Under the pieces are notes generated by a model, which was not told the origin of the DNA, searched no databases, and was given only the letters and a program-made list of their open reading frames with translations. Below are positions 63,601 through 64,000 of a stretch of DNA of 64,000 bases, in pieces. The DNA is from Nitrospirota bacterium (GTDB lineage: Bacteria; Nitrospirota; UBA9217). Where the stretch lies: NCBI GenBank assembly GCA_963749655.1, contig CAVVOB010000018.1:32001-96000 (forward strand), in the 5' to 3' direction. Position 1 is the first letter of the stretch; every line of letters starts with the position of its first letter. Position numbers and translations under genes: made by a program.

Positions 63601-64000
63601 TCGCCTTTTCCGGCGCCGTGAAGTAGTCGCAGAAATCGCTCCCGATCAGATCGCCTCGCGGATATCCGGTAACCTTCTCCGTTGCTGCGTTGACGTCGGT
63701 GATCTTGCCGTCCGGCCCGATCGTCACCAGGGGATCGAGACTTGCTTCGATCAGGCTCCGGTTATAGGCGTTGGCAAAGTGCAGGGACTTCTCGGCCTTT
63801 GTCCGTTCTGCGATTTCCTTCTTCAGCTGTTCGTTCGAACGGGAAAGTTCGCCGGTCCGTTCCGTCACCCGGTGCTCCAGTTCCTCGGCCGCCCGCTGAA
63901 GCTCTTCCTGCCCCTGCTTCAGGCTCCTGAAGATGACGTCATAGGGAGTGCGAAGACCGGTCTGTATGATGGCGACGTACATGGCATAGAAAGCCGCAAT
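60601..64000 (-). CDS. hybrid sensor kinase (membrane sensor, PAS, GAF, 3 PAS, HisKA, HATPase, REC); starts beyond the window; frameshift near 62232
   Basis: [46 protein letters not shown] receiver; duplicated [27 protein letters not shown]. Confidence 0.92.

Overview
GC-rich bacterial chromosome; the gene content suggests an anaerobic or facultative Nitrospirota/Desulfobacterota-like organism (inference). Most of the window is housekeeping DNA: purE/purD, rph, a TPP-riboswitch-led thiS-G-E-C-(M23)-D operon, cobU-S-C, trxA, addB/addA-like genes, degP, two Lpd-family enzymes, gcvH, rnfCDGEAB, nfu, crcB, pcm, surE and a PAS/GAF hybrid kinase. The main accessory feature is a ~16 kb element (20172-36143) integrated in the 3' end of tRNA-Gly(CCC). 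It has att repeats, candidate arm-type sites, a phage-type replication initiator, four tyrosine recombinases (two paralogues flank an unusual Mor-like activator), an orphan Phd and HigBA. It also has a partial virion module (scaffold-like, neck-like, tape measure, fibre-like) with no recognisable capsid, portal, terminase, tail tube or lysis gene, making it a candidate virion-remodelling satellite. A second notable signal is a family of 7-nt- and 9-nt-period, often palindromic arrays at gene junctions inside operons; some extend protein C-termini, including ThiS. Also present: an exported TPR-caspase/Gly-rich/beta-propeller trio and a switch-like leader before cobU. Many genes carry small frameshifts that are probably long-read consensus errors. 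All calls come from reading the sequence; no searches were run.
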